This document shows positions 20,122 through 31,042 of a stretch of 64,000 nt of DNA, one piece after another. The stretch spans positions 12,020-76,019 of the forward strand of contig DAOUUU010000001.1 in assembly GCA_030667985.1 (NCBI GenBank), in the 5' to 3' direction. The DNA is from Candidatus Krumholzibacteriota bacterium. Its GTDB lineage: Bacteria; Krumholzibacteriota; Krumholzibacteriia; Krumholzibacteriales; Krumholzibacteriaceae. Below the pieces are notes generated by a model. The model saw nothing but the letters and a program-made list of their open reading frames with translations. It had not been told where the DNA came from and did not search any database. Made by a program: the position numbers and the translations under genes. Positions within the stretch are counted from its first letter, which is position 1, and each line of letters begins with the position of its first letter.

Positions 20122-20844
20122 TCAAGGCCCGGTGCCCGTTCTGCTTTCTTTCGAAAACCAGAAGAGCCTGCCGCCTCCAGAGTGAGCGGGCTCGTTGTAT
20201 TCGAGCGTCAGCCTGTCCGCCCCCGGCTCCTCCAGCTCCTCTTTCCATGAGCCGGCCCCCTTGACGGTACAGTAGGAACCACCCACACGCAGAAGCACTT
20301 CCGCAATGGGCAGGAGCTTGCCGAATCTTCCAGCCGCCTTCGATATGACGAGATCGAACTTTTTTTTTGGCTCATACTCCGAAGCATCGGCCTGAACTAT
20401 CTCTAGGCCCTCGATCCCCAACCTCGATCTGATGTTTATCAGCAGGGTCGACATGCGTTCCCGGCGCTCAAATAGTGTGGTCTCGAGAGAGGGCCGGATG
20501 ATCTTCCAGACGAGCCCGGGGAAACCCGCACCCGATCCGATATCGGCGACACGGCGCCATTCCCGCTTCTCCGTCTCCCCCCTGCTTTCGCCGCTTGTCC
20601 CTTTCGCTCCACGCTCGCAGAGATCGGCAAAGCGTAGAAGACCGATCGAATCACCGAGCTGTCTGGTCAAATTGAGAGTCGCGTCAGCCCTGCCGACGAT
20701 ATGCATCGATTTGTTCCAGCGCAGCACCTCGAAGACGTATCGCTCTAGCTGAAGGACCACTTCCTGCGTATAGAATGCTGGTTCCGGAGAGTATATATTG
20801 TTTTTCAGCGCATCGCGTACGATGCCAGAGCTACGCCCTTGCAT
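20122..20844 (-). CDS. rsmG: 16S rRNA (guanine527-N7)-methyltransferase RsmG/GidB
   Basis: SAM-MTase motif [10 protein letters not shown] and RsmG family context (directly after mnmG). Start placed at the second ATG (AAGGGGGG 6 nt upstream); the ORF extends to 20868. It overlaps the mnmG 3' end. Confidence 0.85.
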   Translation of the reverse strand: MQGRSSGIVRDALKNNIYSPEPAFYTQEVVLQLERYVFEVLRWNKSMHIVGRADATLNLTRQLGDSIGLLRFADLCERGAKGTSGESRGETEKREWRRVADIGSGAGFPGLVWKIIRPSLETTLFERRERMSTLLINIRSRLGIEGLEIVQADASEYEPKKKFDLVISKAAGRFGKLLPIAEVLLRVGGSYCTVKGAGSWKEELEEPGADRLTLEYNEPAHSGGGRLFWFSKESRTGTGP

Positions 20845-22738
20845 CTTCCGCCCCCTTCGGCGCGCCATCGCGCCTCATCCGATCGAGAAATATCATTATA
20901 ATAGAGAGGTCCGATGTGCGGACTCCCGAGATCCTGGACGCCTGGCCCAGCGTCACGGGCCTGAAACGCTCCAGCTTTTCCCTGGCCTCGGTGCTCAACG
21001 CCTTGATATCGTACGAAAACCCCTCCGGGATCGGCATTCTGTCGAGGCGCAACAACCGGTCGGCCATTCGGCGCTGCCGTTTTATATACCCCTCGTACTT
21101 TACGCGTGTCTCGAGTGCCACCCTCTCCCCCCTGTCCAGCTCCAGCAGCGGTCCGGCCATCGCAGTCGCGATCATCTCTATCGTAATGCGGGGCCGCTGC
21201 AGCAATCGCGCCGCCGACTGAGGCTCCTGAACGGGCCTCTCGCCCCCCCCTTCGAGTATTTCGTTGCAGTCCGCCGCCCCTATCCGCTCCCGCCCAATCC
21301 GGACAGCCGCCCTGTTGATCCGGCGCCTGCGTTCTATCATTCGCTCCCATTGCCCTTTCGGCAGGAGACGGCACCGCACGGCATATTTTAATAGCCTTTC
21401 ATCCGCGTTGTCCTGCCTGAGCAGCAGCCTATGTTCCGCACTCGATGTGAACATCCGGTAGGGCTCTCCGATCTCCTTCGTTACGAGATCGTCTACCAGT
21501 ACTCCCGCATATCCTTCCGCCCTGCCGAGCAGTATGGGCTTTTCCCTTTTGATGCTCCGTCCCGCATTTATACCGGCGAGTATCCCCTGCGCGGCGGCCT
21601 CCTCATACCCCGACGTCCCGTTCACCTGGCCGGCGAAGTAGAGCCCTCCGATCCGCCGCGATTCTAGCGATGGGTAGATCTGCCGCGGAGGGAAGAAGTC
21701 GTACTCGATCGCGTACCCGTACCGGACAATACGGGCATCCTCGAGCCCCGGCACGGTCCGAATCATCCCCTCCTGTACATCCCGCGGCAGGCTGGTAGAA
21801 AGCCCGTTGATATATATCTCTTCAGATTCGATGCCCTCCGGCTCGAGAAATATCTGGTGCCTGTCACGGTCCGGGAAACGTACGACCTTGTCCTCGATCG
21901 AAGGACAGTACCTGGGCCCTACACCCGAGATCCTCCCCGTGTAGAGAGGGGATCTGTCCAGCCCGCTTCGAATGGTGTCATGCGTCGCCTGATTCGTATG
22001 CGTTATGTAGCACGATACCTGTTTTTGATCTATACGCTCCGTCCTGAAGGAGAAGGGCGAGGGATCATCGTCACCCGGCTGTTCTAAGCACCTGGAAAAA
22101 TCTACGCTGCTTCTTTCTACCCGCGCGGGCGTTCCAGTCTTGAGCCGTCCCCTCTCTATGCCGAGCGATGCGAGATCGTCACTCAGGCCGCAGGAGGGGG
22201 GCTCTCCCTCCCTGCCCCCGGGGAAGCTTTCCTCTCCTATGTGCATTAGACCGTTCGGGAATGTGCCGAGCGCCAGTATCACCCTCTGCGCCTCGATCCG
22301 GCCTCCACCTCTTACTATCACTCCAGACGCTCGATCCGAATCCACGCCTATCCCGACCACCTCGGCTTCGAGCACCTCGAGGAGCTCCTCGGACATTATG
22401 ACCCGCACCATGCGCTCGTGATACCGGGCCTTGTCCGCCTGCGCCCTCGGCGACCATACGGCGGGACCCTTTGCCCTGTTCAGCATGCGAAACTGGATAC
22501 CCGTTTCGTCTATATTGAGGGCCATCTCCCCGCCCAGGGCATCGACCTCCCTTACCAGCTGCCCCTTTGCAAGCCCGCCTATCGCCGGATTACAGGGCAT
22601 CCTCGCAATATCATCCTTGTTTATAGTGACCATAAGCGTCTCGAAGCCCATCCGGGCTGCCGCCAGCGCCGCCTCGCACCCTGCGTGCCCGCCCCCGACT
22701 ACAACGATCTCGTATCTTTCAATTTTATTCATAATCAT
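20831..22738 (-). CDS. mnmG: tRNA uridine 5-carboxymethylaminomethyl modification enzyme MnmG/GidA
   Basis: N-terminal FAD motif [13 protein letters not shown], 635 aa, characteristic GidA family sequence throughout. Confidence 0.95.
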   Translation of the reverse strand: MIMNKIERYEIVVVGGGHAGCEAALAAARMGFETLMVTINKDDIARMPCNPAIGGLAKGQLVREVDALGGEMALNIDETGIQFRMLNRAKGPAVWSPRAQADKARYHERMVRVIMSEELLEVLEAEVVGIGVDSDRASGVIVRGGGRIEAQRVILALGTFPNGLMHIGEESFPGGREGEPPSCGLSDDLASLGIERGRLKTGTPARVERSSVDFSRCLEQPGDDDPSPFSFRTERIDQKQVSCYITHTNQATHDTIRSGLDRSPLYTGRISGVGPRYCPSIEDKVVRFPDRDRHQIFLEPEGIESEEIYINGLSTSLPRDVQEGMIRTVPGLEDARIVRYGYAIEYDFFPPRQIYPSLESRRIGGLYFAGQVNGTSGYEEAAAQGILAGINAGRSIKREKPILLGRAEGYAGVLVDDLVTKEIGEPYRMFTSSAEHRLLLRQDNADERLLKYAVRCRLLPKGQWERMIERRRRINRAAVRIGRERIGAADCNEILEGGGERPVQEPQSAARLLQRPRITIEMIATAMAGPLLELDRGERVALETRVKYEGYIKRQRRMADRLLRLDRMPIPEGFSYDIKALSTEAREKLERFRPVTLGQASRISGVRTSDLSIIMIFLDRMRRDGAPKGAEDARA

Positions 22739-22857
22739 TTTTGATGATTTCTTAATTCAATATTTACAAGCTTGTTATGCATGTTTTCCACAATTTTTAC
22801 TTGTGTCAAAACTTAAATCCATGGCGAGTTGGCAGTCCTGCGCCAAACAGTCATGCC

Positions 22858-24246
22858 CTATTTTCCAATACAGAACCGGCTGAATATAGTATCTAGGAGG
22901 TCGTCCGTCACAGATCGGCCCGTGACGAGCCCGCAGGACTCAGCGGCGGACCTGAGGTCGGCGCTTAGCAGTTCGGCTGGCGCGCCCTCCCGGGCCGACG
23001 CGATAAAACGTTCGAGTCCCTCTGAAACCTCACGAAGAGCTTCGGCCTGCCGAGCATTGACCGCGATGCGCTCCCTGCCTACATCAGCGGCGGAGCCGGA
23101 CACGGAGGTTTCGTGTATCCATCTCCTCAAGCCGTTGAGCCCCGTGCCCTCGAGTGCCGATACGGCAACAACCCGCTCGACGCCGAGGCGTTTCGCCGCA
23201 GCTTCCTCGTCGAGCGATAGCCCCAGATCCTTTTTGTTCAGGACGCAGAGCGTCTCCGCGCCCCCTATCCGCCCGAGCTCGTCCAATACGCTCTCCTCGG
23301 GCTCAAGAGATCCATCTATTACAAACAGGACGATATCCGCCCCCCTTGCGGCGCGCCTTCCTATCGAAATTCCCCTTGCTTCTATCTCGCATCCCGTCTC
23401 TGCAATGCCTGCCGTATCCTCGAGGTAGTATGTAAAACCCTCGATATGTATCCGCTCTCTCAGAAGGTCTCTAGTCGTCCCTGGGACCGGCGACACGATC
23501 GCCCTCTCCTCCCCTATCAGAGCGTTGTATAGGCTGCTCTTTCCGGTGTTCCTCGCTCCGAGTATCGTTATTCTCATCCCATGCCTGAGCTTTAACCCCG
23601 CAACATCGGTCTTGAGGACAGTCTCGAGTTTTTCTACGAGCCCCTCCGCCGAAGCCGTCATCTCATTCGTGTCGTATGTTGGGAGTTCCTCTTCTGTAAA
23701 GTCGATTGATAGTTCGACGAGCGCGAGATGCTCGAGTATCCTTTCTTCGATCTCTCGCACGCTCTTGGATAATCCCCCCTCGAGATGTTCGATCGCTACC
23801 TGCCTCTGCAGCTTTGTTTCCGAGGCGATGAGGTCGGCAACCGCTTCGGCCTGTGCGAGATCTAGCTTGCCGCTCATGAAGGCTCGCCTCGTGAATTCCC
23901 CGGGGGCCGCCGGCATGACGCCCAACCTCATCGCCGCCTCGAGGATCTCCGAGACCACCTGCAGTCCGCCGTGGCACGATATTTCTACAACATCTTCTCC
24001 GGTGTAGCTGTTGGGAGCTTTCATCATAACGACGAGCGCCTCATCGATGATCCGCCCCTCTTCGTCGACCAGTCTTTCGTGGTAAATGCGGTGTGATTCG
24101 CGGGTCTTACGGCCGGTCAGGCCATCGAGAGTTTCCTGTGCCCTCGCTCCAGATATCCTGATGACAGCAATGCCTGATTCGCCCGGCGGCGTGCTCAGGG
24201 CTACAATCGTCTCGCCTTCCATGACGGTGCTCTCGTGAGGGTGCAA
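22858..24246 (-). CDS. mnmE: tRNA modification GTPase MnmE/TrmE
   Basis: N-terminal TIVALSTPPGESGIAVIRISG, G-domain GARNTGKSSL, C-terminal CIGK tetrapeptide. Confidence 0.9.
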   Translation of the reverse strand: MHPHESTVMEGETIVALSTPPGESGIAVIRISGARAQETLDGLTGRKTRESHRIYHERLVDEEGRIIDEALVVMMKAPNSYTGEDVVEISCHGGLQVVSEILEAAMRLGVMPAAPGEFTRRAFMSGKLDLAQAEAVADLIASETKLQRQVAIEHLEGGLSKSVREIEERILEHLALVELSIDFTEEELPTYDTNEMTASAEGLVEKLETVLKTDVAGLKLRHGMRITILGARNTGKSSLYNALIGEERAIVSPVPGTTRDLLRERIHIEGFTYYLEDTAGIAETGCEIEARGISIGRRAARGADIVLFVIDGSLEPEESVLDELGRIGGAETLCVLNKKDLGLSLDEEAAAKRLGVERVVAVSALEGTGLNGLRRWIHETSVSGSAADVGRERIAVNARQAEALREVSEGLERFIASAREGAPAELLSADLRSAAESCGLVTGRSVTDDLLDTIFSRFCIGK

Positions 24247-24270
24247 TATGGTTGTACGGACGGACGTTTT

Positions 24271-24966
24271 CTACCTGTTATAGTGCCGGTCCCCACCCTG
24301 GTCACCCCGGCCGGTCGAGACACAGACTTTCCTCATATCCCCATTACCGACCGTGTAAGTAGTGACGCCGTCGACATCCGCCAATGCGAGGTGGACCATT
24401 CTTCTCTCGGCCGCCTGCATCGGCTCGAGCGGAATATCTCTCCCCGTCTTCTTTGCCCGCTCGGCCGCCTTGAGCGCCTTCTGCTTGAGGATCTCCCGCC
24501 TGTTCAACAGGTAACCGCCGATATCCAGCGTGAGCCTCTGGTAGCCTCCCATCCTCTTCGAGACGATCCTTCCTGTCAAGTGCTGGAGCGAGTTCAGCGT
24601 GTCGCCCTTTCTCCCGATCAGAAGCCCGTCTACTCCCGCCGTCTCTATATTTATATATGTGCTATCGTCCTCTTCCTTGGTGAAGAGTCTATAGTTGACA
24701 TCCAGGCAGTCCATAATCGTCCTGGCGACATCGTCGACCGCCTCCTCGATTCCCTTCCCTCCCGATTTGCGGGTCACCCTTATCTGGGCGTCTCTCGAAC
24801 CGAACAGGCTCAGCATGCCTTTCTGCCCGGCATCTATGATCTCGATCTCGACTTCTTCTATGCTCGTGCCAAGCTCTTTCAGGGCTTTCTCCAGGGCCTT
24901 CTCGACCGACTTCCCGGAAAAGAGAATACCGTCTCTCTTGATTATCTTTCCGCCTTTTTTCATCAT
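24271..24966 (-). CDS. jag: Jag/KhpB RNA-binding protein (KH + R3H domains)
   Basis: The C-terminal R3H region (LEPMQAAERRMVHLAL) and a KH-like domain are present, and it sits in the classic position after yidC. Start taken at MMKKGG (AGGAG 8 nt upstream); the ORF extends to 25011. Confidence 0.8.
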   Translation of the reverse strand: MMKKGGKIIKRDGILFSGKSVEKALEKALKELGTSIEEVEIEIIDAGQKGMLSLFGSRDAQIRVTRKSGGKGIEEAVDDVARTIMDCLDVNYRLFTKEEDDSTYINIETAGVDGLLIGRKGDTLNSLQHLTGRIVSKRMGGYQRLTLDIGGYLLNRREILKQKALKAAERAKKTGRDIPLEPMQAAERRMVHLALADVDGVTTYTVGNGDMRKVCVSTGRGDQGGDRHYNR

Positions 24967-25067
24967 CCCATATCTCCTGTTCTTCTTGATATGACCGTTG
25001 CTCGATATCATCCGATCTGTCTATGACGACTCTTGTTTCTTCCGCGCGCGCGGGCAGGCTTTCTTCA

Positions 25068-26837
25068 TCATGATGTCTCTTTTGCCGCCGCTTCACTCTC
25101 CTCCTCTTCAACCTCCCTGTGCACATAGTACTGCTGAACGATCGTCAGGATGTTGTTGACTATCCAGTATAGGACCAGCCCCGACGGCATCGCGTAGAAC
25201 ACGAAGGTCAGGACGATCGGCATCATCGTCGACATCATCTTGGTCTGGCCGGGAGGATTAGCCCCCCCTGTCGGCGACGCACCCAATTTCGTCTGAAGCA
25301 CCATCAGCCCCCCCATCAATATGGGCAGAAGATGGAACTCGTTTCCAACGAATGGAATCGAAGCGCCGAAACTGAACAGTACGTCGGGCGATGATAGATC
25401 GTTTATCCAGAACACAAACGGTGCGTTCCTGAGTTCGATCGTATTACGCAGGACGTTGAAGAGCGCGATGAAGACGGGCATCTGGAAAAGCAACGGCAGG
25501 CAACCGCCGAGCGGATTGACTCCCCCGTCCTTGTAGAGTTTCATCGTCGCCTTGTTCAGCTTTTCCTTATCATCCTTATGTTTTTCCTGGAGCTCCTTGA
25601 TCTTCGGCTGGAGCCTCTGCATATCCTTCATCGATTTGAAGCTCTTGTGCGTCAACCGATAGAAGACGACCTTGGTCAGAATCGACAGGATTATAATAAT
25701 CAGGCCGTAGTTCGGTACAAACCTATTTAGCATGAGCATTAATCTCAGCGCGAGAACGCTCACGATCCTCAGCTTGCCGAGGTCGATCGTCTTCTCAAGT
25801 CCGATCCCGTACGCCTTCAGCGTATTCATGTCGAGCGGTCCGAGGTAGCAGACGAAGGAATCCTCGACGACCCTCGGATCCCCCCTGAACGGATACCGCA
25901 GGGCGTACCCGACATAGTTCTCGCTTTTCTCTCCAAACAGCGACACCGAGCTCGAGCGGGGCTCCAGCGGAATCAGCGCGCTGAGAAAATATTTACTTCT
26001 CGTTCCCGCCCACGCGACCATTCCCTCGTGGGCTTTTTCCGTAGTCTTCGAAAACTTGCGCACCGGCTCCTGGTAAAATTCTTCGCCAACGGTGCTGAGT
26101 GATGCGAATTGCCTGATGTCCCTCTGCGCATCTTTTTCGTTCACCGCCATGCCGCCTTCCCATCCAATCGAATAGGCGCCTGTATCTTTCAGCCACCCAT
26201 CCCGGCGCACTTCGATGTCAAGGCCGACCTCGTACCCTTCGACACTGAACGTAAAACGCTTCTCTAGATATCCTCCCGCCTCATCCCGAATCAGAAAGGC
26301 CACCACCGCTTCCTGCCCCTCTTCCCGAACGACTATCTCCTCGCCTTGCTCCGCTGCTCTGCCGTTTACATAGGCTATATAGCCGGTACCGGCATGGCTG
26401 TCCCACTGCCCGTCACGCAGCGTCGAGATCCTGAAACCGCCGGAGCTCTCTTCCGGCATGAGCGCAACCGGAGTTCCATCCGGTCTCTCATACTCGATCA
26501 GCTCCACCTGCTTCATATCTCCACCGATGCTGCTCAGAAGGACGCGCATCGTACTCGTCAATACCGTTATCTCGGTGGCCCGAACCTCCGAAACGACCCC
26601 TGCCACTGTCCCGGTCGCTTCTTCGATCTTCTCGACCGAGGGGGGTTCTTTCGGCGCCTCGGCAATAGTGTCGGCTTCCGTCTCGCGCGCTTCGATTGTT
26701 GCAATTGAATCCGCGATAGCCAACTCTGCGGATCTCTTCCGGTCGATTTCCTTTTTCTTCGGCCCTACATAAAACATCTGGTAGCCGAGCAGTACAACGA
26801 AGGTCAACAAAACCGCAATAATGGTGCGTTTGTCCAT
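25068..26837 (-). CDS. yidC: Membrane protein insertase YidC
   Basis: Large periplasmic domain followed by a conserved TM core ([28 protein letters not shown]). 589 aa. Confidence 0.9.
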   Translation of the reverse strand: MDKRTIIAVLLTFVVLLGYQMFYVGPKKKEIDRKRSAELAIADSIATIEARETEADTIAEAPKEPPSVEKIEEATGTVAGVVSEVRATEITVLTSTMRVLLSSIGGDMKQVELIEYERPDGTPVALMPEESSGGFRISTLRDGQWDSHAGTGYIAYVNGRAAEQGEEIVVREEGQEAVVAFLIRDEAGGYLEKRFTFSVEGYEVGLDIEVRRDGWLKDTGAYSIGWEGGMAVNEKDAQRDIRQFASLSTVGEEFYQEPVRKFSKTTEKAHEGMVAWAGTRSKYFLSALIPLEPRSSSVSLFGEKSENYVGYALRYPFRGDPRVVEDSFVCYLGPLDMNTLKAYGIGLEKTIDLGKLRIVSVLALRLMLMLNRFVPNYGLIIIILSILTKVVFYRLTHKSFKSMKDMQRLQPKIKELQEKHKDDKEKLNKATMKLYKDGGVNPLGGCLPLLFQMPVFIALFNVLRNTIELRNAPFVFWINDLSSPDVLFSFGASIPFVGNEFHLLPILMGGLMVLQTKLGASPTGGANPPGQTKMMSTMMPIVLTFVFYAMPSGLVLYWIVNNILTIVQQYYVHREVEEEESEAAAKETS

Positions 26838-26895
26838 CTGGTTCCTTTTCCAATGCGAAGGTTGTTCTCTTCTTTATCTCTTGTCCAAATGGGGG

Positions 26896-27120
26896 TCAGC
26901 GAACAGGGTCGTAACCGCCACGCGAGAATGGGTGGCACCGGAGAAGCCGGCGCAAGGCCAGCCATGCTCCCTTGCGGGGGCCATACTCCTTAAGTGCCGC
27001 CTCGGCATAGGCGGAGCAGGTGGGCGTGAATCTACACACAGGTGGATGATAGGGGGAAATCGCATTCCTGTATATTCTGAGGGCCCCGAGGCCCAGGTGA
27101 TTCAAAGTCCGAGATATCAT
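26896..27120 (-). CDS. yidD: Membrane protein insertion efficiency factor YidD
   Basis: 74 aa, YidD/DUF37 signature LIRFYRxxISP..P..CRFxPTCSxYA. Confidence 0.85.
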   Translation of the reverse strand: MISRTLNHLGLGALRIYRNAISPYHPPVCRFTPTCSAYAEAALKEYGPRKGAWLALRRLLRCHPFSRGGYDPVR

Positions 27121-27461
27121 CCGTTTGTTGATATGAGTCCTGCTCTTGCCATTGAGCCTTCGACGTCCTCGAATAGCTCGCCGTAATTCGTATCTTTAGG
27201 CTTGAAAGAGGCGATGAATACTACCCAGATGTTGTCTTCGGTGATCCGCTCCCGCAGCTGCCTGAATATCTCGCGCATCAACCTCTTCGCCCTGTTTCGC
27301 TGGTTCGCCTTTCCTATCTTCCTGCTTGCAACGAACCCCGGAAGAACCCCTTCGGACCCTTCCCTTAGATAATAAATGACGACTTTCTTCCCGACTTCCT
27401 TTTTACCCCCTCGGTACACAGCGCGAAACTGTCTATCTTTTGTAAGCCCCTTTGATGCCAT
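27117..27461 (-). CDS. rnpA: RNase P protein component RnpA
   Basis: 114 aa, basic, with an RNR motif region ([14 protein letters not shown]). It overlaps yidD by 4 nt and follows rpmH. Confidence 0.85.
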   Translation of the reverse strand: MASKGLTKDRQFRAVYRGGKKEVGKKVVIYYLREGSEGVLPGFVASRKIGKANQRNRAKRLMREIFRQLRERITEDNIWVVFIASFKPKDTNYGELFEDVEGSMARAGLISTNG

Positions 27462-27483
27462 ATGGCACCATCTCTTTTCTTTT

Positions 27484-27618
27484 TTAGACCGCTAATCGCG
27501 CTCTTCCTTTGGCTCTCCTCCTTTTCAACACCAATCGTCCGTTCTTCGTGCTCATTCTCTTTCGAAATCCATGGGTCTTTTTTCTTCTTCCATTGTGCGG
27601 CTGATACGTTCTCTTCAT
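27484..27618 (-). CDS. rpmH: 50S ribosomal protein L34
   Basis: Not in the ORF track (under 60 aa). Manual minus-strand translation gives [44 protein letters not shown] (44 aa). Confidence 0.85.
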   Translation of the reverse strand: MKRTYQPHNGRRKKTHGFRKRMSTKNGRLVLKRRRAKGRARLAV

Positions 27619-28165
27619 CTCAATATCTCCTATTTTTGATATTTCACAATGAGTTCCGTTCCCATATCTTACATGTATTAAAGTAATTCACGATAAAAAA
27701 GATCTTCTTCCTTGTCAAGACTTTTATGCCCTTCGCGCTTATCCCCTTATGCCTCCAAAGGTTGCCGGACCATTCCCTTCTTCACAAATCCGCGATTCTC
27801 CATTCCACTTGGTAGTTAAATATTCTGTCACGCGCTATCTTTATATATATCAACCTATTGCAAAATTTTTCCCCCGCCGTGTAAAATTCTCTTGATTAGG
27901 TTTTCCACGTGTGGTAGATTTCGCTCCGCGGGATGGGGGCAACTTCCCCCGTAAAGTGATATTTACAGCATTGTTCTCACATCTTATCCGCTCATCTTGC
28001 TAGAATGTGGAAAACGTTCTGAAGTTGCAGCGAATGGCCCTCCAAACCCGTTGTAAGCGCAAAAAATAGCAGGTTTTCCACAATTGTGGAAAATGGTTGG
28101 TTCGTCAAGGAATAATCAGCCTTTCGCGGGAACGGGTTCTTCCTTGCAGTCAGATATAGGAACCT
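27619..28165. other. oriC part 1: DnaA-box cluster in the rpmH-dnaA intergenic region
   Basis: Multiple near-consensus DnaA boxes are present. They include TTTTCCACG/TGTGGTAGA at 27901-27919, TTATCCGCT at 27984-27992, TGTGGAAAA at 28006-28014 and a perfect 20-bp palindrome TTTTCCACAATTGTGGAAAA at 28074-28093. There are AT-rich stretches at 27631-27700 and 27830-27900. Confidence 0.6.
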
Positions 28166-29542
28166 TTGGGTCATACTGGGCGGAACATAATGGTAACACA
28201 ACAGTTGGGGGAACTCTGGGACCGCGTCCTCGATAGGGCCGGCACGCTCGTTAACGCACAGAGCTTCAAGACCTGGTTCAAGCCCACGAAACTCGTGAAA
28301 TTCGAGGAGGGTCGCCTCATCGTGGAGGGGCCCAACCCGTTTTTCGTAGACTGGCTCTCCGAGCATCACCTCGAAAAGATCGAATTCGCCGCGCGCGAGA
28401 CCCTCGGCGAGGATGTTTCGGTTGAATTCGTCTCGTCCGGCACCCCCCAGCGCACAACATCTCCCGAAGACGGCGTGCGCAGATCGGTTCTCGTCAACAA
28501 GCAGGTGACTCTCCCCAATAAGGTTCACCTGAACGCCCGCTACACATTCGACGAATTCGTCGTCGGCGGCAACAGCCGCCTGGCGCATGCCGCGGCGCTA
28601 GCCGTCGCGGAGCAGCCGGCCCGTGCCTACAACCCCCTGTTTATCTATGGAGGCGTCGGCCTCGGCAAAACCCATCTTATCCAGGCCATCGGGCATCAGG
28701 TGCTCACGGAACACCCCGCGCTGCGCATCTCCTATGTATCCGCCGAGAGCTTCATGAACGAGCTGATCCATGCCATACGCAAGGGCGTGACGCTCGAGTT
28801 CAAGGATCGGTACCGCAACATCGACATTCTCATGATAGACGATATTCAGTTCCTCGCCGGCAAGGAGAGCACGCAGGAGGAGTTCTTTTTCACCTTCAAC
28901 GCACTACACGACGCGAACAAACAGATAGTCGTTACGAGCGACAGGCCCCCAAAGGAGATCCCGAAGCTCCAGGAGCGCCTCACGTCCCGGTTCGAGTGGG
29001 GGTTGATTACGGACATACAGCCGCCCGATCTCGAAACGAGGATCGCCATTCTCCGAAAGAAGGTCGAGAACGAGCGCATCGCCATCCCGGACGACGTCAT
29101 CGAACTTATAGCCGAGAATGTCAAGAGCAACATCCGCGAGCTAGAGGGCTCGTTGATCCGGATACTTGCCTGCTCATCCCTTGCCTGCCAAGAGATCAAC
29201 GTCAAAATGGCCCACAGCGTCCTCAGAGACATCATAAAGGGCTCCCCCAAGAAAACCCCCGATGTAAATACGATCCAGCGGGCTGTCTCGCAGCATTTCG
29301 ACATCCCTGTCGAGACCCTCAAGGCCAAGACGAGAATCAGCCGAGTTGTCCGTGCTCGCCAGGTCGCTATATATATCACGCGCGAGCTCACCGATTGCTC
29401 GCTTGTTCAAATTGGAAAATATTTCGGCGGGCGGGATCACAGTACCATTCTTCACGCGTGCAAGAAAATCGAACGCGAACTCGAGAACGACCCGGCTCTC
29501 GAGAGAAAACTGGAGGCTGTCCGGGAAGATCTCTCCGCCTAG
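28166..29542 (+). CDS. dnaA: Chromosomal replication initiator DnaA
   Basis: AAA+ Walker A GGVGLGKTHL, a sensor region, and the C-terminal DNA-binding domain (VAIYITRELTD..IGKYFGGRDHSTILHACKKIE). The ORF begins with TTG; an in-frame ATG lies 8 codons downstream. Confidence 0.95.
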   Translation: MGHTGRNIMVTQQLGELWDRVLDRAGTLVNAQSFKTWFKPTKLVKFEEGRLIVEGPNPFFVDWLSEHHLEKIEFAARETLGEDVSVEFVSSGTPQRTTSPEDGVRRSVLVNKQVTLPNKVHLNARYTFDEFVVGGNSRLAHAAALAVAEQPARAYNPLFIYGGVGLGKTHLIQAIGHQVLTEHPALRISYVSAESFMNELIHAIRKGVTLEFKDRYRNIDILMIDDIQFLAGKESTQEEFFFTFNALHDANKQIVVTSDRPPKEIPKLQERLTSRFEWGLITDIQPPDLETRIAILRKKVENERIAIPDDVIELIAENVKSNIRELEGSLIRILACSSLACQEINVKMAHSVLRDIIKGSPKKTPDVNTIQRAVSQHFDIPVETLKAKTRISRVVRARQVAIYITRELTDCSLVQIGKYFGGRDHSTILHACKKIERELENDPALERKLEAVREDLSA

Positions 29543-29910
29543 TGTATCGTTATTCACAGTTTCCACAGAGTGCCTGTTAAAATACTGTTTATTTCTGTGG
29601 ATATGTCCAGGGTGTGTTGACAAGAGAGGTTTCTTCAACATACAATCAACACAGCAAGCGTGCGCCTGGGGTGGCCGGCGATGCGCTTGCCGGAAGGTTA
29701 TCAACATATCGACACTACCTACTACTACTACTATTTTATTACTTAATATCTGTATTAGTAGTTTATATAACCATGCTCGATTTATTGTTTGTTTTGGTTT
29801 TTTATTTCACTTGAAGAAGCTCTTGGAATTATCCTATGATACAGGTTCGCGATAGATAAATATGTGGATTTGGTTGCGTCGGCGCGTAATGCCCTGCAGG
29901 AGGTAGCGGT
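29543..29910. other. oriC part 2: dnaA-dnaN spacer with DnaA boxes, trinucleotide run and AT-rich unwinding-element candidate
   Basis: DnaA boxes TTATTCACA (29550-29558), GTTTCCACA (29559-29567) and TGTGGATAT (29596-29604). A (TAC)5 run at 29716-29734 is followed by about 90 bp of more than 75% AT (29735-29830). Confidence 0.55.
29716..29734. repeat. Trinucleotide run TACcTACTACTACTACTAT in the dnaA-dnaN spacer (DnaA-trio-like)
   Basis: Read directly from the sequence; it sits between the DnaA boxes and the AT-rich block. Confidence 0.9.
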
Positions 29911-31017
29911 GTGAAGATAATAGTACAACTCGGTGAACTCAGCAAAAAGATGAACGCGATATCATCGGTCGTTCCGGGAAAGACAACAATGCCCATCCTG
30001 TCGACGGTACTAGTCGTCGCCGACAAGGACGGTATAACTTTCTCCGCCACAGATCTCGATATATCCGTTACTTCCAAAGTGAAGGGGAAGGCTGATGGGA
30101 AAGGCACATTAGCTGTGCCGGCAAAGAAACTGGCCGAGATCGTCAAATCACTATCGGGTGATTCAGTGACCATAGAGGCGAGTGGCGAGAAAATGACTCT
30201 TACTTGCGGCAAAAGCCGGTTTGTGCTCAACGGGAGAAGCGCGGAGGATTTTCCAAAGCTGCCGAAGCAGGAGAGCAAGACATCGTTCAGCATCGATCCG
30301 GAAACACTAGCAAAACTCATACGGAAAACGATATACGCCGTGTCTACGGATCTTACGCGGCCGGCGCTTTGCGGTGTTCTGTGGGAGATATCGAGAGCGG
30401 GTATATCAATGGTGTCTACCGACGGGCACAGGCTGTCGAAGGTGGACCTCGCTAGGGAATTTTCCGATGTCGAGAGTGTGCAGGTCATAATACCGCCAAA
30501 GGCACTGTCCACGCTCAAGGCATACGCCGAGGGCGAGAAGGAAGTAAGGGTGAGCATCGCCGAAAACAGCGTCTCGTTCGATATGGAGGACACGGCGATC
30601 TACTCGAGACTTCTCGAGGGCCCATTCCCGGCATATCAGAAGGTCATCCCTGCGGCGAACGAGAAAGAGCTTATCGTCGGACGGGAAGCGCTGGCGGAGG
30701 CCACAAAACGCGTCTCCATCCTGGCGGACACACTGACTCACCAGGTGGTCTTCTCGACGGGCAAGGATAAGCTCACTCTGCACGTGAATACGCAGGAGAT
30801 AGGAGAGGCCAAGGAAGAGGTGACGGCTAAGTTCACCGCAGACCCGATGGACATAGGTTACAACGCCAGCTATGTAATGGATGTCCTGAAGACGATAGAC
30901 GCAGACGAGATTTCACTCAAACTCGACAGGTCGGATAACGCGGGGCTGGTCGAGCCGGTCTCTGAGGCTGGCGAGCTCAAGCACCTGTGCATCTTGATGC
31001 CGCTACGTATCAGCTAG
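29911..31017 (+). CDS. dnaN: DNA polymerase III beta sliding clamp DnaN
   Basis: 368 aa three-domain clamp. GTG start with GGAGG 7 nt upstream. Confidence 0.95.
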   Translation: MKIIVQLGELSKKMNAISSVVPGKTTMPILSTVLVVADKDGITFSATDLDISVTSKVKGKADGKGTLAVPAKKLAEIVKSLSGDSVTIEASGEKMTLTCGKSRFVLNGRSAEDFPKLPKQESKTSFSIDPETLAKLIRKTIYAVSTDLTRPALCGVLWEISRAGISMVSTDGHRLSKVDLAREFSDVESVQVIIPPKALSTLKAYAEGEKEVRVSIAENSVSFDMEDTAIYSRLLEGPFPAYQKVIPAANEKELIVGREALAEATKRVSILADTLTHQVVFSTGKDKLTLHVNTQEIGEAKEEVTAKFTADPMDIGYNASYVMDVLKTIDADEISLKLDRSDNAGLVEPVSEAGELKHLCILMPLRIS

Positions 31018-31042
31018 GGGGAGAGGGGTGTGGTGACCGGGG

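Noticed and set aside
20798-21391. ORFs 20798..21391 (+) and 20805..21374 (-) at the rsmG/mnmG junction
   Set aside because: Alternative-frame products within the mnmG 3' region, Arg/Gly-rich and without motifs. mnmG occupies the real frame.
22739-22857. DnaA-box-like TTTTCCACA in the mnmE-mnmG spacer (around 22785) as an extra origin element
   Set aside because: It is a single box in an ordinary AT-rich promoter region and is not clustered; probably chance or a minor regulatory site.
29716-29734. (TAC)5 run as a CRISPR or mobile-element remnant
   Set aside because: It is too short, has no spacers, and there are no cas or transposase genes nearby. Its position between DnaA boxes and the AT-rich block fits an origin element or a simple microsatellite.
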